A stretch of 38,505 nt of DNA, taken from positions 1 to 38,505 of the forward strand of contig RBNJ01000161.1 of assembly GCA_003990765.1 (NCBI GenBank). Reading direction: 5' to 3'. The translations under genes and the position numbers were made by a program. This DNA comes from Jimgerdemannia flammicorona (taxonomy: Eukaryota). The number at the start of each line of letters is the position of its first letter. Positions within the stretch are counted from its first letter, which is position 1. Below the pieces are notes generated by a model. That model saw only the letters and a list, made by a program, of their open reading frames with translations. It was not told the origin of the DNA and made no database searches. Shown here one piece after another: positions 12,194 through 25,500 of this stretch.

Positions 12194-13861
12194 CATTAAC
12201 TGATGAATCAATATAATCTCCCTAGAATATATTAAGCTACAGCCAGAATAGGTTAAGAAAAAAGTGAAATCTATCAAATAAAGAAGCTAATTCAGAAATC
12301 AGAGTAGTATATATATATGTATACCATCAAGGAACTATCAGTAGAAGATAATGATAATAATGATTTTTTTGAACTATTGAATGATGAAGATGATGAAGAA
12401 GAAAGTCTCTAAGAACTACTCAAGAACTATAAAGATATTTCTCAAGAGCTCTAAGAACTACCACCCATCTGAGCAGTAGAACATAGCATTAAAAAACTAC
12501 TTTAGAAGCAGATACTCTTTACTGTAGAATCTACTGACTAGCTCAGCCTAAGCTAGAAACTCTTAAGGAACAGCTAGCAGATCTATCAAACAAAGGTCTC
12601 ATATGTCCATCAATATTACTATATAGTATATATATCAATTCTTTTTATCTATAAAAAGAATAGAAGTCTTCATATATATTAATTACTGAGTACTCAATAA
12701 GATATCTGTTAAGAATCAATAAACTACTCAACTAAGTATATAATACTAAGATCTTTTTACTCATAGATCTTATATCTAGATATTATCAAAGAAAAAGACA
12801 TCTCAAGTCAATATTTTAAACAAGATTTAGATACTATAAATTCTGTGTAATACTATTCAGTCTCACCAATACTCTAATAATCTTTCAAATACTAATGAAT
12901 GATATATTTTGAAAATATCTTAGAGTATTTGTCCTAGTATACCTAGACAACATCTTAGTATACAGTATAAGCAATATTATCTACCAATAATATCTAAAAA
13001 TAGTCTTCAATATACTTTATAAAAATAAGCTTTCAGTAAAAGAGAAGAAATGATATTTCTTTTAAAAGAAAATTAAATATTTAGAATATATTATTTCAGT
13101 AAATAATATTACTGTCAATCTAAAAAAGACTGAAGTAATCTGTAATTAGCCTATTCCAAAGACCCTCAAGTCTCTATAGAATTCAATAGATTAGCTAGAT
13201 ATTATTGAGGATTTATTCAAGAATTCTCAATAATTATCTCTCTACTTATAAACCTCTCTAAGAAGAGAACTAATATCAAAAAAGAATAGATAGAATAATA
13301 TACTATAGCAATAAATATTCTTAAGAGAATGCTGACTAATATACTAATTCTGATCAGCTCTGATTATACAAAACTCTTTACTATTACTACAGATATCTCA
13401 AATATCACTATTAGAGCTATACTGATCCAGTATGAATACCTAGTTGCACACTTATTCCAGAAGCTAAATAAGTATAAAAAGAACTATATAATATAAGATA
13501 AGAAACTTCTTATTATTATCTGATCTCTATAAATATAGTAATATTTTCTCCTTAGTAAGAAATTTACCTTATGAATAGACTATTAAGCTCTCTAATATAT
13601 TTAGATACAACTAATTCTTACTAAAAGACAGGTATAATAAATGTAATCCTTATATTCTTTGATATCAAATCAAGTATATTGCTGGTAATAAAATGAAGTA
13701 AGTGATATACTTTTCTAAAGTACATAGAAAGGTAATCTTATAGTAATCAGTAATTTATCATTAGTCTATTTAAAGAAGTTAAGAAGAAATATACCAAGAA
13801 TGCTAATATATATATAAGTAAATTTTCAAAGAAGAAAGTAATATCATAAAGTAGATATATA
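12194..13861 (+). pseudogene. Gypsy-A reverse transcriptase and RNase H
   Basis: ELPPI*AVEHSI, LETLKEQLADL, ILFSLTNTL..FQILMNDIF, VYLDNILVYS (~12937-12966, YLDD decayed by G>A), FTITTDISNITIRAILIQ. Confidence 0.9.
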
Positions 13862-14610
13862 TATATATATATATATATTATAGTCACTTAGACTCTCTCA
13901 TATATTACCAAACTAATCTATACCTATATAATACAATAGTAAGACCTGACCCCTTACCCAATCCTTCCACAGAGCCTACTACTAACCTCTTCTCTATAGA
14001 AATCAACTATCTCCATAATTATCTGAATTCTTCTCCTACTCTTTACATAGATCTGCTCTATTAACTCTCAGTATAAATTACCTCTAAAGTCCCACTTAGC
14101 TCATTATCCATTCAAAAATTCTATTAATAACTACTCTTATCTTATCACTCTCACTCTCAGTGATGGCTAATGTCTAAAAAGACTGACTTATACTGCAAGA
14201 GTCCAACTTATAGAAAACTACTCATTACTAATCTCTTTTACTAGTTATAACTAAAGAATACCCCACTGCTCTCCATCTATATATGTATTCCATCTGATGG
14301 CCATATCTCCAGCCAGTTCTCAATAGCCAACCAGAAGTTCAACAGTATCTTATACTCCTCCAGTCAATGTTCTGAGATCTGTATCACCCTACTCTTTTGC
14401 CTAATATTGAAGCAATTCTATATTTGAATAATCTTCTATTTATCAAATAACCTGACCTAAAGTTCAGTATTATATTCTGTTATAAGAGTCACTACTATAT
14501 CATTCAGAACTTAGGTGAGAGCTACTAGCATCTTTCTTCAGTACTATTCAGGTTACACAACCTTTAGAAAGTACTTATAATATCATTCTTAGAGGAAAGA
14601 GACTAGTAAC

Positions 14611-16632
14611 ATGGTGACTGACAGGCAATCTGAGGTATATACTGGGTAGGGTGGCCTAAGCACATTTGACTGGCAGTATGTGGGAAGAGGCTCTGGTCTG
14701 GGGGGTAGTATGAGGGGGCTGCTGGTGGGAGGACACAGAAGAGAAGGAAGCAGCAGTAGAGGACAGGAGTCTGAAAGGATGAGTTTTGCAGAGATAGTGA
14801 AGGAGAGATAGCAGGCATTTGGGCTGGAGAGATGGCTGAGGAAAGGCAAGAAGATGGGGAAGGTAGCAGTACATGGGGGAGTAGCCCTTGGTGGTGGGGG
14901 CAGTAGAGCTAAGGATATAGTGACTGGGGTGAGCATAATGGCTGATGGTAATGGGACTGCCAATCTGGAAAAAAATCCAGATATGACTGCTGATGGCAAG
15001 GCTGAGTGGCTGGGGCTTAGAAGGCAGGGGGATTTGGCAGATAGTGTGATGGGCCTGGCAGTGGCTCTGTTACTCAAAAAGTTGATTTTGGTGTTTGTAG
15101 TTATGCTGTGCTTCCAGGGCCTAGCAGTGACAGCAAAAATGGTACTGAGGCTTATCACTAAGCAGGTGACTGGAGTAGTATCAGTAAAGTTTCTGAAGGG
15201 ATTAGAGAGAGTGGAGGTGGGCTTTAAGGAGGCTGGGCCTTTAGAGGAGGTGCTGAAGGTTGGATTGACTGTTGGGGAGGTGTGTATTCCAATGATACAT
15301 TGCCTGAGATGAGATCCTAGAGTGGTATAACTGCTGGTGAAAGGAGTGCCCATGACAGTGGTGGAAATGAGGAGGAGAGTCAAGGAAGTCATGGCTGAGT
15401 ATAGAGAGATGGTAGATATCAGATTCAGAGTCTGGGAAGGGACCTCACTCAGGACTGGGGATGTTGATGTGAGGATTCAGCTGGCAGAGAAGGAAGCTAC
15501 TGGGAAGACAAGAGACTGGCCTTCAGTAATGGTCTGGAGGGCAATCTTGTGTAAGGTGATGAGAGTGAAGTAGAGTGAGGAGGAGGAAGAAGACTTATTA
15601 AAAGCACTGAAAGAGCTGAGTGGTGCTGTGGAGTAGTAGGTGAAGGCTTGAAAGGCTTTTGTGGAGTTAACACATTTGGAGATAGTAGATGGGAAGTGGA
15701 TTCGAGTAGACAAGGGGTAGTGGGAAAGAGCTCAGAAATGTAAGAGGCAGAAGGAGCTACTGGCTAAGTTAGAGAGCAGACCACAAAAGGATGTGGGTAG
15801 AATGGTGGAGGTGAGAGGTGCCAAAGTGAGTGTCTGGGCTGATGAGGGTGGAGAGAGTGCAGGGAAGGAGACAGGAGAGGACAGAGAGGTGACTGGCAAT
15901 GACTCATATGCTGATGGTATGTTTGAGATCTAGGAGGAGATCTGGGAGGACTCACCTATCCCTACTCCTCTTATTAGGTGAGGTCTGGCTTCTTGAAGCA
16001 GAGTGGTAGAGGATGTGCTAATGCAAGGGGCCCAGCAAGTGCAATTTGGAGTTTCAGAGGTGGCAAATGGGAGACAAGTGGTGGCAGTTGGAGAGGAGAA
16101 ACTGGTGGATGTTCTGGAGGTGTGGAATGAGTCTGCAAGTACCAGGGCCAACACCATAATGCTGGATGGAGGGAGGCCAGCGACTCCTGGAGAGAAGGAG
16201 GTGGAGAACCTACTTTAGATGTGTAGGATGATAAATAACTTGGCAGCTGAAGAGTTGGGAGAGGTGGATCTGAGAGTAATGAGCAATGAGCATTGGGTGC
16301 AGATCCTGTAGAGGAATGGAGTGGTGATGGCATTGAAGGTGGAAATCCTTGCAGTATATCTAGAGGAGGAAAGGTATGAGGTAGATAAGGAGCAGGAGGT
16401 GGAGCTGGCAGGTATTGCTGGTGAGAGAGCCATATACTGCTGGACCAAATGTCATGGATTGCAGCTCTGGCAGGAGGCCTGCCTGGAGTACTAGGAGGAG
16501 TTTGAGGAGAAGGTGGATGGGGAGATAAATGAGCTGTTGGCTGGATTGAAGGCTAAGAGGGCTGAAGAGGAGGAGGTAACTGTGGAATATAATCTAGACA
16601 TAGTGCAGAAAGAGATGAACATGGAGCAGTAG
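14611..16632 (+). pseudogene. L1-b ORF1 (RRM-like nucleic-acid-binding protein)
   Basis: ATG at 14611 in frame with track ORFs 14854 and 15337; SFAEIV motif; Tx1-type LLVKGVP...EYREMVDIRFRVWEGTSLRTGD; stop position shared with L1-a and L1-f. Confidence 0.82.
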
Positions 16633-16664
16633 AGGATGAACTTGATAATACACTATATTTCATT

Positions 16665-19600
16665 ATAAATAGTACAACCAATATTTTTTCTTTGAACATA
16701 AATGAGTTGTGGGATACTTCTCAACATAGGAACATTTTTACTTAGCTGAAGGGATTGGAGGCCAATCTCTTCCTCTTGCAGGATATCAGGTGTGAGGATG
16801 ATTTGGATAGGCTGAAATGGACAAAGGAATGGAGAGGTGAAGCAGTATAGAAGAGCAAGGTTGGGATTCTGGTCCAGAGAGGCAGAGGAGAGATATGTGA
16901 TATGAGGAGCTGGGGAGATAGATTGGTCTGGGGAGAGTGGACATGTACAGGTTGGGAGCCAGTCACAGTGGGCTCCTATTACTGCTCTGCTATATGGGAT
17001 GAGTATGTGGATTAGGTGAAGGGTCTCCAGGAGAGTGGGGTCCTTGCAGAGGCTGGGGTGGATATGCTTGGTGGAGACTTCAATATGGTCTAAGATGTAC
17101 TGGTGGATAGAACTGATAGAGGATGGAGAGCTGAGAGTAGGAGTAGAGAGCTGGTGGTATGAGAGAAAGTGGAATAGCTAAGTGCTCTGATAGATACTGG
17201 TAGGGAGTGTTGGAGGAATAGGAGGGTGTATATGCATTGGGCAGGGGGCCTGGGGACAAGGATTGACTGGATTTTGACAGCCAGCTGCTGGGGCTTGGAT
17301 ATGTGGAAATTACTGAAGGTGGAGTGGTATCCATGGTCAGATCATTGGGGGCTGTTAGGACAGGGGTATTTTGGAGGGAGTGGGGATGGGCCTAGACATT
17401 AGTGCCTCAATTCCTCTTAATTAGATGATAGGATCTGGTAGGATAAGTGGACTGAAGACATTCAACTGAGGGTGGAGAGCTGGAGGCAGAAAGGTGCCCC
17501 GGTTGGTGTTCAGTAGATGAGGATGAAAGAGATGACCAGGGTCTACTGGAGTGAGGCTGGCAAGGAGGCTGGGAAGCAGAGGAGGTGATGGATGATATGG
17601 GCTTCTGTTAGACTGACTAGACTCTTGGAAGATTGGATAGGACTAGTGACATTGGAGGGGAGAGAGGATTGGAGATTAATGAGAGCAAAAATGGAGGTTA
17701 GAGAATTACAACAGGTGTTGAGAGAAGAGGAAGAGGCAAGAGTGCAGAGCTTGGAAGCATGACTTCATTGGCAGGGTTTGGAGGAAGGGGAGAGGCCCTC
17801 AAAGTATCTCACAAGAGCTCTTCAGGTGAGAAGGATACAGCAAAGGTGGGAGGGGATGCTTGACTCTGACGGTATACTGGTGCATAGTATACAAGACATT
17901 TTTGGATTATTAAAGAAGCAATAGAGTAGATTATGGAGTGAGAAGGAGGGTGGGGCTGATGCTGCTGCCATTGATCAGGTATTGGAGGATTGGCACCCCC
18001 TACAAGCAGACAGGCTGGGGGACTTAGTATTGCCCATATAAGAGGAAGAGATCTACCAGATTCTTGCTACGACAATACCAGGTATGGTACCTGGAGAGGA
18101 TGGTCTGCCCTGGGATTTCTGGAAGAAGATGGTGGGAGTTTCAGGAGTACTAGATGAGATGACAGCATTGTGTGATTTTATACTATAGTTAGAGAGATGG
18201 GTGGGAGAGCAGAATCTGGGGCTGGTGATGTTGCTTTACAAGAACAAAGGAAGGTGAGAAGACTGGAAGAACTGGTGACCAATTATGCTGCTGGACATAG
18301 ACAGAAAGTTAGTAACTAAGGTGGTGGTCGCAAGGCTACAGAAGGTGACCCAGCAAGTCTTGGGTATTGAGCAGAGGGGCTTTGTAGGAGGCCAGCTCAT
18401 TAGGGATGGTACAGCCTGAGTACATGGAGTTATTGAAGGGGTGTGAGCTTGTGGACTGGATGGGTGATTGGTCTTCTTGGACCAGGAGAAGGCTTATGAC
18501 CAGGTGCAGTGAGTCTGGCTGGCAAAAGTATTGGATAGGACTGGGGTACTGTACCAGTTCAGGTCAGCAATGATCAGCCTACTGGATGGGAGTCAGGCTG
18601 TGCTCATGTGTAATGGACATAGAGAGGTGTTGTTTCCCCTAGGTAGGAGTGTGCCCCAGGGGGACCCACTATCCCCCATTCTGTATACTCTTTCTCTGGA
18701 ACCTCTAATAGATAGAATCAGACAGAAGATAGTGGGGCTCTCCATCTTTGGAATTGGGTGGAAAGTTGGGGCCTTTGCAGATGACATAGTAGTTGGTCTG
18801 GAATCAATCACTGATGTTGAGGAACTCAAGAAGACAGTGAAGTGGTATGAGGAGAACTCAGGGGCTAAACTCAATTGGCACAAGTGTGAAACAATGGTGT
18901 TAGGCAATGGTCTGGTGAGAGGGGATGTTATTGGAACAATCTTCTCTACTGGAGAGGTAGTGCAGTACTTGGGTATTTATTTATCAGTATATGGGTTGGT
19001 CCTATCCAGACTTTGGTGGGAGCAGAGGGTTGGAATCTAGGGGGAGACCCTGTAGAGCTAGGGGGGTCACCACTTGTCTCTAGCAGGGTGTGTCTTGATT
19101 TTGAATATCTATTGGCTGCCAAAGTTGTGGTATCTGGCTTATTATCTGGACTTCCCAGTCTGGGTGGTGAAGAGACTAATGAAGCTGGCCAAGAGGTGGA
19201 TCTGGGCTGGAAGAAAGAGTCAGATCAGTTGGGAGGTCTTATCCTTATTGGTGGCAAGAGGAGGACTTGGGCTAGTTGACTTTCTGAAGAGGCTATACTG
19301 CTTGAGAGCATGGTGGTTAAAGAGAGCAGTGGAGTTGAGAGGGGGCGACTGAGTCTCCCATTGCAGAAGGTCTGGAAGATGAGATCCTCACCAAAAGACT
19401 CAACAGGTGATCTCCTATCATTGGTTGGGCTTCAGAACACTAGACAATTGAGATACAAAGGCTTCTGGTGGGGGGTAGTAGAGGGGGTGCACTGTATTGA
19501 AATTTGTTGGCAGAAAAATGAAGGGAAGATAGCTTGGGACCCAATAATGTAGAGATGGGACCAAGTATTTCTGAGAGGTATTCTCTTAATTGAGTTCAAT

Positions 19601-20341
19601 ATTAGTGATGAGATAGAATGCCAAAGGGGACTAGGCCAGGATCTGTGGCCTAGTGGATGATAGAAAGTGGGTATTGGAGAAGAGTGGAACTGGTATGGCA
19701 TTTGAACCTAAAGTACTGAGGTGAGGAGGTGGATGCTGCCAAAGTACTGGGTGGTCTGGTAGCATATACTGAGGAGGAATATAATGCTCAACTTCCACTT
19801 GGGTCACCTTATCAAGGAGAGTTACTTTGACTGTAAGGAGTGCCACAATGTAGGACAGAAAGAGAGATATGTGCAGATGTCTGAACATTGGCTAGGAGAG
19901 TGTAAGGTACTTAGTGACTTTTAGCAGGCTGTTGGAGATTGTTTGGGAGTAGTGTATAGGAGAGATGGCACATGGAGTTGGTGGGAGGATTTGAGGGATA
20001 GACTGGTGGGGGGGGGGGTGGGGAAGGAGTGGCTCACTTTAGGCTGAGTTTTGGTGATTTGGGTGGGGCTGGCCAGTTACTGGTTATCTGTTTTTGAGAA
20101 TATGAGGAGACTGAGCTTAGAAGACCAGCTGTTGTATTGGCATAGACTTATGGAAGACACTTTGATGGGCTGGTGGCTTGGTTGGGGGTTGTAGGGTGGT
20201 CAAAGGCATTGCTTAGTGGAGAATGTCTGTGGGCAGAGTGGGGAGAGAGTTAGAGTAGTGAGTGAGAAGGTGGTCTTTATTTGTGATGATGTGGGGAGAG
20301 GCTCTTCTATGGAGATTGAGTAGTGGGAGGTGATACTGTAA
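16665..20341 (+). pseudogene. L1-b ORF2 (APE endonuclease, reverse transcriptase, C-terminal CCHC)
   Basis: IFSLNINEL, LLQD, LGGDFN, TRIDWI, PWSDH, FLDQEKAYD, GRSVPQGDPLSPILY, AFADDIVV, GAKLNWHKC, YLGI, GGLGL and CKECHN...EHWLGEC. Presumed start codon decayed to ATA. Confidence 0.92.
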
Positions 20342-20589
20342 CCTTATTAATAGAGTAATAAATGGTGAAGTCTAAGTAACTATAAAAAAAAAAAAATAGG
20401 TGGGAGCTACCTCACTATTTTCTCACCTTATGATCAGATGTCTGCCTAGTCCTAAGCTTTACTAATTTCTACCTCTTGCCAACTCTTGGACCACAGGTCC
20501 TGACCCTATTCTCACTAATACTCTATACTATCTTTTAGCCAATAGTCAATCACCAGAGAACCCCCTAACAGAAGACAATCCTATCTTTG

Positions 20590-21959
20590 TTTTTTTTTTT
20601 TTTTTTTTTTTTTTTTCACTCAGACATTGCCATTTATTACCCATCTATCACATATTAATACAATATCCCCTCATACTACCCAATACCCCTAGGAAGTCCT
20701 CTCCCCATACTCTCATACTTAAAAACCACCTTACTATCCTCTATACCAATCTTCCTCTCACTCTGCCTACAGATTTTCTTTACTAAATAGTACTACCAAC
20801 CTCTCTGCAGACTCCATCCCAGCCACCATCCCATCAAGATGTCCTCCATCAACCCTTCCCACCTTGTCAACTGCTCCCCTAAACTCAAATACTTTCCTTC
20901 TTCAAATACAAAAAGCCAGTGACCTACTAGTCCTACCTATACTGCTAATACCCAACCTAATGTCAGTCACTCCCTCCCCACCCCCCCCCACCAATCTATC
21001 TCTCAGATCTTCCCATTGTCCCCACTTGCTATTCCCTCTGCATACAATACTCAACCTATTTCCAACTGCTAACCAAAAGTCTCTAAGTACCTCACACTCT
21101 TCCAGCCAATATTCTAGCATCTATACAAACCCCCCTTTCTGTCCTACATTATAACACTCCTCATAATCAAAGTTCCCTTTCTCCACAAGGTGTCCTGAGT
21201 GAAAGTTGAGCATAATATTCCTCCATAGCATGTACCACCAAACCACCTAGTACTTGGGTGGCAACTATCATCTTATCTCTATACTCTAGGCCCAGACTCT
21301 ATTCCAGTCCCACTCCTCTCCAATTCCTGCCACCTGCCAGCCATGAGGTCATACATTCTGTCCCATTTCTCTCTGGCACTCTATCCCATCACTAATATCA
21401 AAGTCTATGAGGGGGGCACCTCCCAGTAACACTCAATCCCATCTTCACATTACTGATTCCCATAGTGCCTCTCTCTTATCTCTCTGCCAGCGAATCCTGA
21501 TATAGTGAGCCCTATCCACTACCCCCTACCAAAAGTCCCTATATCTCATATGCCCACTATTTGGAAGCTCAACCAAGGACAGCAAGTCACCAGTAGCTCC
21601 TCTTGGTGAGCACTATATCTCTCAGACCTTCTTTATTAGGGGAACTCAACTACTACTTCTCAGCTCCACTGCTCTCTTCAGCCACTATGCTTGCAGACAA
21701 TATAGCCTCTTTAGGAAGTCAACCAGCCCAAGGCCTCCTCTAGTTACTAGCAATGACAAGATTTTTCAGCTTATCTGACTCCTGCACCCAGCCCAGATCT
21801 AACCCTTTACTAGCTTCAATAACCTCTTCACCACCCAGGCTAGAAAGTTCAGATGATATATCAAATACCACAACTTCAGTAGCTAGTAGACATTCAAAAT
21901 TACAATGTACCTCACCAAAGATAAGTGGTGATCTCCCCAACCTCTTAGGACCTCTCCCC
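20590..21959 (-). mobile_element. 5'-truncated LINE (L1-d)
   Basis: T-run 20590-20616; 18-bp TSD AAGACAATCCTATCTTTG (20572-20589) / AAGATAATTCTATCTCTA (21960-21977) with 4 transitions; peptide EYWLEECEVLRDFWLAVG matches L1-b from ~19040 onward. Confidence 0.85.
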
Positions 21960-22014
21960 AAGATAATTCTATCTCTACAACTCTGGTCCCCAGACCACAT
22001 AAAGTAGATATATA

Positions 22015-22424
22015 AGTATGTTTCTGTTCAAAACAGATATATATATAAGACTTTAGATTTCTGACACCTCTATCTATCTGTAAATTTTATAAAAATTATA
22101 TAATATATCTACAGCTGGCTATATAGAATTTAACAAGATATATCAACTTATTATCTGAGATTTCTACTGGTCCAAGATGACTGCTAATATTAAAAACTAT
22201 ATTATATCTTATAATATTTATCAAAAATATAAATTCAGCAATCAAGCTCTAGCTGGAACACTATAGTCACTACAAGTTTCCATCTGAAATTGAGACTATA
22301 TTGGAATAGATGTTATTATTCAGTTGCTAAAAACTAAGAAGGGAAGAGATGTGATCATTGTCTTTATTAATTGTCTCAGCAAGCAGACCTATTTCATTGT
22401 CTATATCTCAATAGTCTCTTCTAC
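22015..22424 (+). pseudogene. Gypsy-A integrase N-terminal part
   Basis: Decayed HHCC region AGYIEFNKIY...DFYWSKMTANIKNYIISY, then IGIDVIIQLLKTKKGRDVIIVFINCLSKQTYF; breaks off at ~22424. Confidence 0.85.
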
Positions 22425-22562
22425 AGTAAGAGCAGCAGCTGATGAGTAAATTGTATCTAATAGATACTATTATACTTCTATCTAAATATCTCTCTACTAT
22501 TAGTTAGTATGTTAATACTATATTAATATATAAGAACAAGTAGTCAGATTATCTATCTTATA
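22425..22562 (+). repeat. Candidate short 5' LTR of gypsy-C
   Basis: Starts AGTAAG exactly where the gypsy-A integrase stops and ends CTTATA, resembling a decayed TGTAAG...CTTACA. No second copy found in the window. Confidence 0.3.
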
Positions 22563-25500
22563 CCCCTGAATAAGGAGCAGACCTATCTATTTAACCAGAA
22601 TCTGATATTCTTTTTGAAGAACCTAGTTAGTACAAAAATACACCATCTCATCAGAGAAGGAAGTCAGATGCATATTCAGTAGGATATCAGTCTAATGATA
22701 GCTATGTAATAAGAAATAGTAGACTTAGAAATTTACTAAGATCTTATAGACTAAGAGGATCAGACCCACCAGACTCCAGAACTAACTCAGGTATCTATAT
22801 AGTAGTTTGGTTTACCCACTCTTACAGAACTCTTTGATCTGATCTCTAGGAATCAAGTAACTCTAAGTCACTCTATACCATAACTATATTAGGCTAAATA
22901 GTCTTTAGGAGAATCTACTCCTACAGACCTACTACTAGTAAATTAATATAATATTAGATACAAATATTCTGGCCCTAACTACCCAGCTAGCCACTCTAGT
23001 AAGAATAGTTAGATAAATTACTAAACAGAACAAACTCATCAAGATCTTGAGAGTTCCTACTTTTAGTAGAAAATCAATGTAGTAGATATAGGATACTGAG
23101 TTAATCAATAAAATAATGACTAAGTATCTATAAGAATACTTATCAATAATATTAACAGTACTCTCTAACAGTTGTTTATTACATCAGTAGTCTAAGTGGA
23201 AACAGTGGCAACATTCTTTACTAGAATAGTAGCTGAGTTCTGATATACTCTAGAAGAATACTTAGTAATCTAAAAAGACTGCCCTCAAGTCAATAGGCAG
23301 ATGGCTGGCCAAAACAGACCAAGTCCAGAACTCAAGGCCTTATTGTTGAATAAATTCTGAAATATAGCCTATATATAGGAAACTTAGAACAAACTAGCTT
23401 AGATGAAGTTCTATAAGAATAGTAAGGAGAATTTAAAAACTTTTACTATCAGAATAGATACCTACCTTAAACCATGAGACTTATCTACCAGGAAAACAAT
23501 CTTGCCATCAATGGTACCAGGACTAATTATCTCTTTGCTACTCTACCAGACTGGCTTACTCAGAAGATTAAGAAATAAGACCTCTTCTAAGAATATCCAT
23601 ACTATTTATAGTACTTTGCTCAAGTACAAAGAAGGGCTTATAAAATTCTTACTACTCAGGCTCTATAAAATTCAAAATATAAAAGAGATAACTAAGACAA
23701 AAAGAGTTCCTTCAGGAGAAATGATCAAAAAGACCAGAGAAATCAGCAAAATTCCAGAAGACCCAAATCTCTCAATAAAGATAAGAAGAAACAGCTTTAT
23801 AAAAAAAAAAAATTATACTTCATTTATAAGAAAACAAGATACATCTCCTTCAGATATCCTGAGAAGAGAAGCAAAAACTTATCAGATAAATCTAGTAACC
23901 AGAATATTACTATGATTAGAGAAGGATCAGAAAAGAAGAATTCTGAGAATATCATAAGACTATTATCCTCACTAAGGCCTATCCTATTAATGCTAGATAT
24001 AATCTCTATAGTAGTCAAAATCTCACTATTCTACTAAGTACTAATGCTATAGTATATATTATAATTACAATATAAGCTCTCAAGAGAATATATATCTGTC
24101 TTGCTGAATGAAGCAGTCTGACCAAAGAATTCAATATTGATCTAGAAGGAGGAGTAGTTGACTAAGATTTTACTGGTGAAATCTATATCATCTTATAAAA
24201 TTTTGAAGATACATTATTTGAAATCAAAATAGGCTAAAGAATTATCTAAGCAATTATCAAAGAAATTTATTAAGATCTTACTATCAAAGAAGTTTCTGAG
24301 CTCTTCCAGACAGATCATAGTAAGAAAGAGTTTGAATCAACTAATAAACCCCTTAGTTAAAAGGTTATTACTATAAAGAAAGATGATAAAAACTAGTATA
24401 AGAGAATTACAGATATTTATATACTATATAAATAATACCTTCATTCTATCCAAATATACTATATAGAATATATTAATAAATACTATATATATCTCTCTAA
24501 GGTTGTCAAAATCTAATTTAAGAGATATCAAGTCTAACAGACTGAGAAATCTAAACTAGACCACTCTCTTTATAAAGAATAGAGAGAGACTGACTTCAAG
24601 GAGACTGATAGTAATTGGAACAATTGAAGCAATAATAATGAAGAGCTCAATACTATTAAGAAGGAAGACAGTTGCATCAAGTTTACAGATCAAGTTCATA
24701 GGTAAGATATCAATATCTTATTAGACAATAGTACTACTAGAAACTATATTAGTATTAAGACTGCTAAGAAGATTAGAGCCCAAACTAAGCCAATCACTAA
24801 GAAGAGAAGTATTATTTTTGATAATAGCAAGACTATACCTTTGACTAAAATCTGATAAGACTTATTACTCAAGATTGACAAATACTAAGAAAAGTTAGAC
24901 TTTAGTATTATAGATCTCTCAGAATAAGATATTATCCTAGGAAAAGCCTGGTTGACCCAGTATAACTCAGATATCAACTAGAGGATTAATAAGGTTAATC
25001 TAACTTATAAAGATAGAAAGATCACTCTGATACCTCAGAAGAGTACCAATTACTAAGAAATCAAGATCATCTCTATTATTCAGATGAAAAAGACTCACTT
25101 ATAAAAAGGAGAACACATACTTTATCTATATCATGTAAAAAGTCTTTAAAGCTCCAAGTAGTTCAGTCTTACCAGAAGCTTAAAAACTATTCAAGGAACT
25201 CCAAAATATATTATAGAAACTCAAAGGACTTTTACACTAAATTCAATATGAGATTGACCTTATCTCAGGATCTAAACCCTCTATATAAGAGTATCTACTA
25301 GCTAGTCCAACCTGAACTTAAGATCCTTAAGGATGAGTTAACCAAACTATTGGCCCAAGGATATATTGAATCTAGCCATTCTCTATTTGGAGCCTCCATT
25401 CTGTTTATTAAGAAAAAGAATGGCTCTCTATAAATATGTATTAACTATAGGACTCTCAATAAGATTACCATTAAGAACTAGTATACCTTATCTAAGATTG

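Larger units (their letters stand above)
14526..20396 (+). mobile_element. Full-length degenerate L1/Tx1-like LINE (L1-b)
   Basis: 14-bp TSD TAGGTGAGAGCTAC (14512-14525) / TAGGTGGGAGCTAC (20397-20410); AATAAA and an A-tail ending at 20396; two ORFs. Confidence 0.93.
13862..21997 (-). mobile_element. 5'-truncated LINE (L1-c) hosting two younger LINEs; own sequence 13862-14525, 20411-20589, 21978-21997
   Basis: Perfect 17-bp TSD CATAAAGTAGATATATA at 13845-13861 and 21998-22014; (TA)n tail; family 3' motif at ~13879-13890; pieces colinear with the L1-a 3' region. Confidence 0.82.

Noticed and set aside
14589..15392. 267-aa minus-strand ORF and similar S/P/L-rich ORFs opposite the LINEs (e.g. 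30939-31433, 32708-33352)
   Set aside because: Antisense shadows of purine-rich LINE ORFs; the recognisable motifs are on the other strand.
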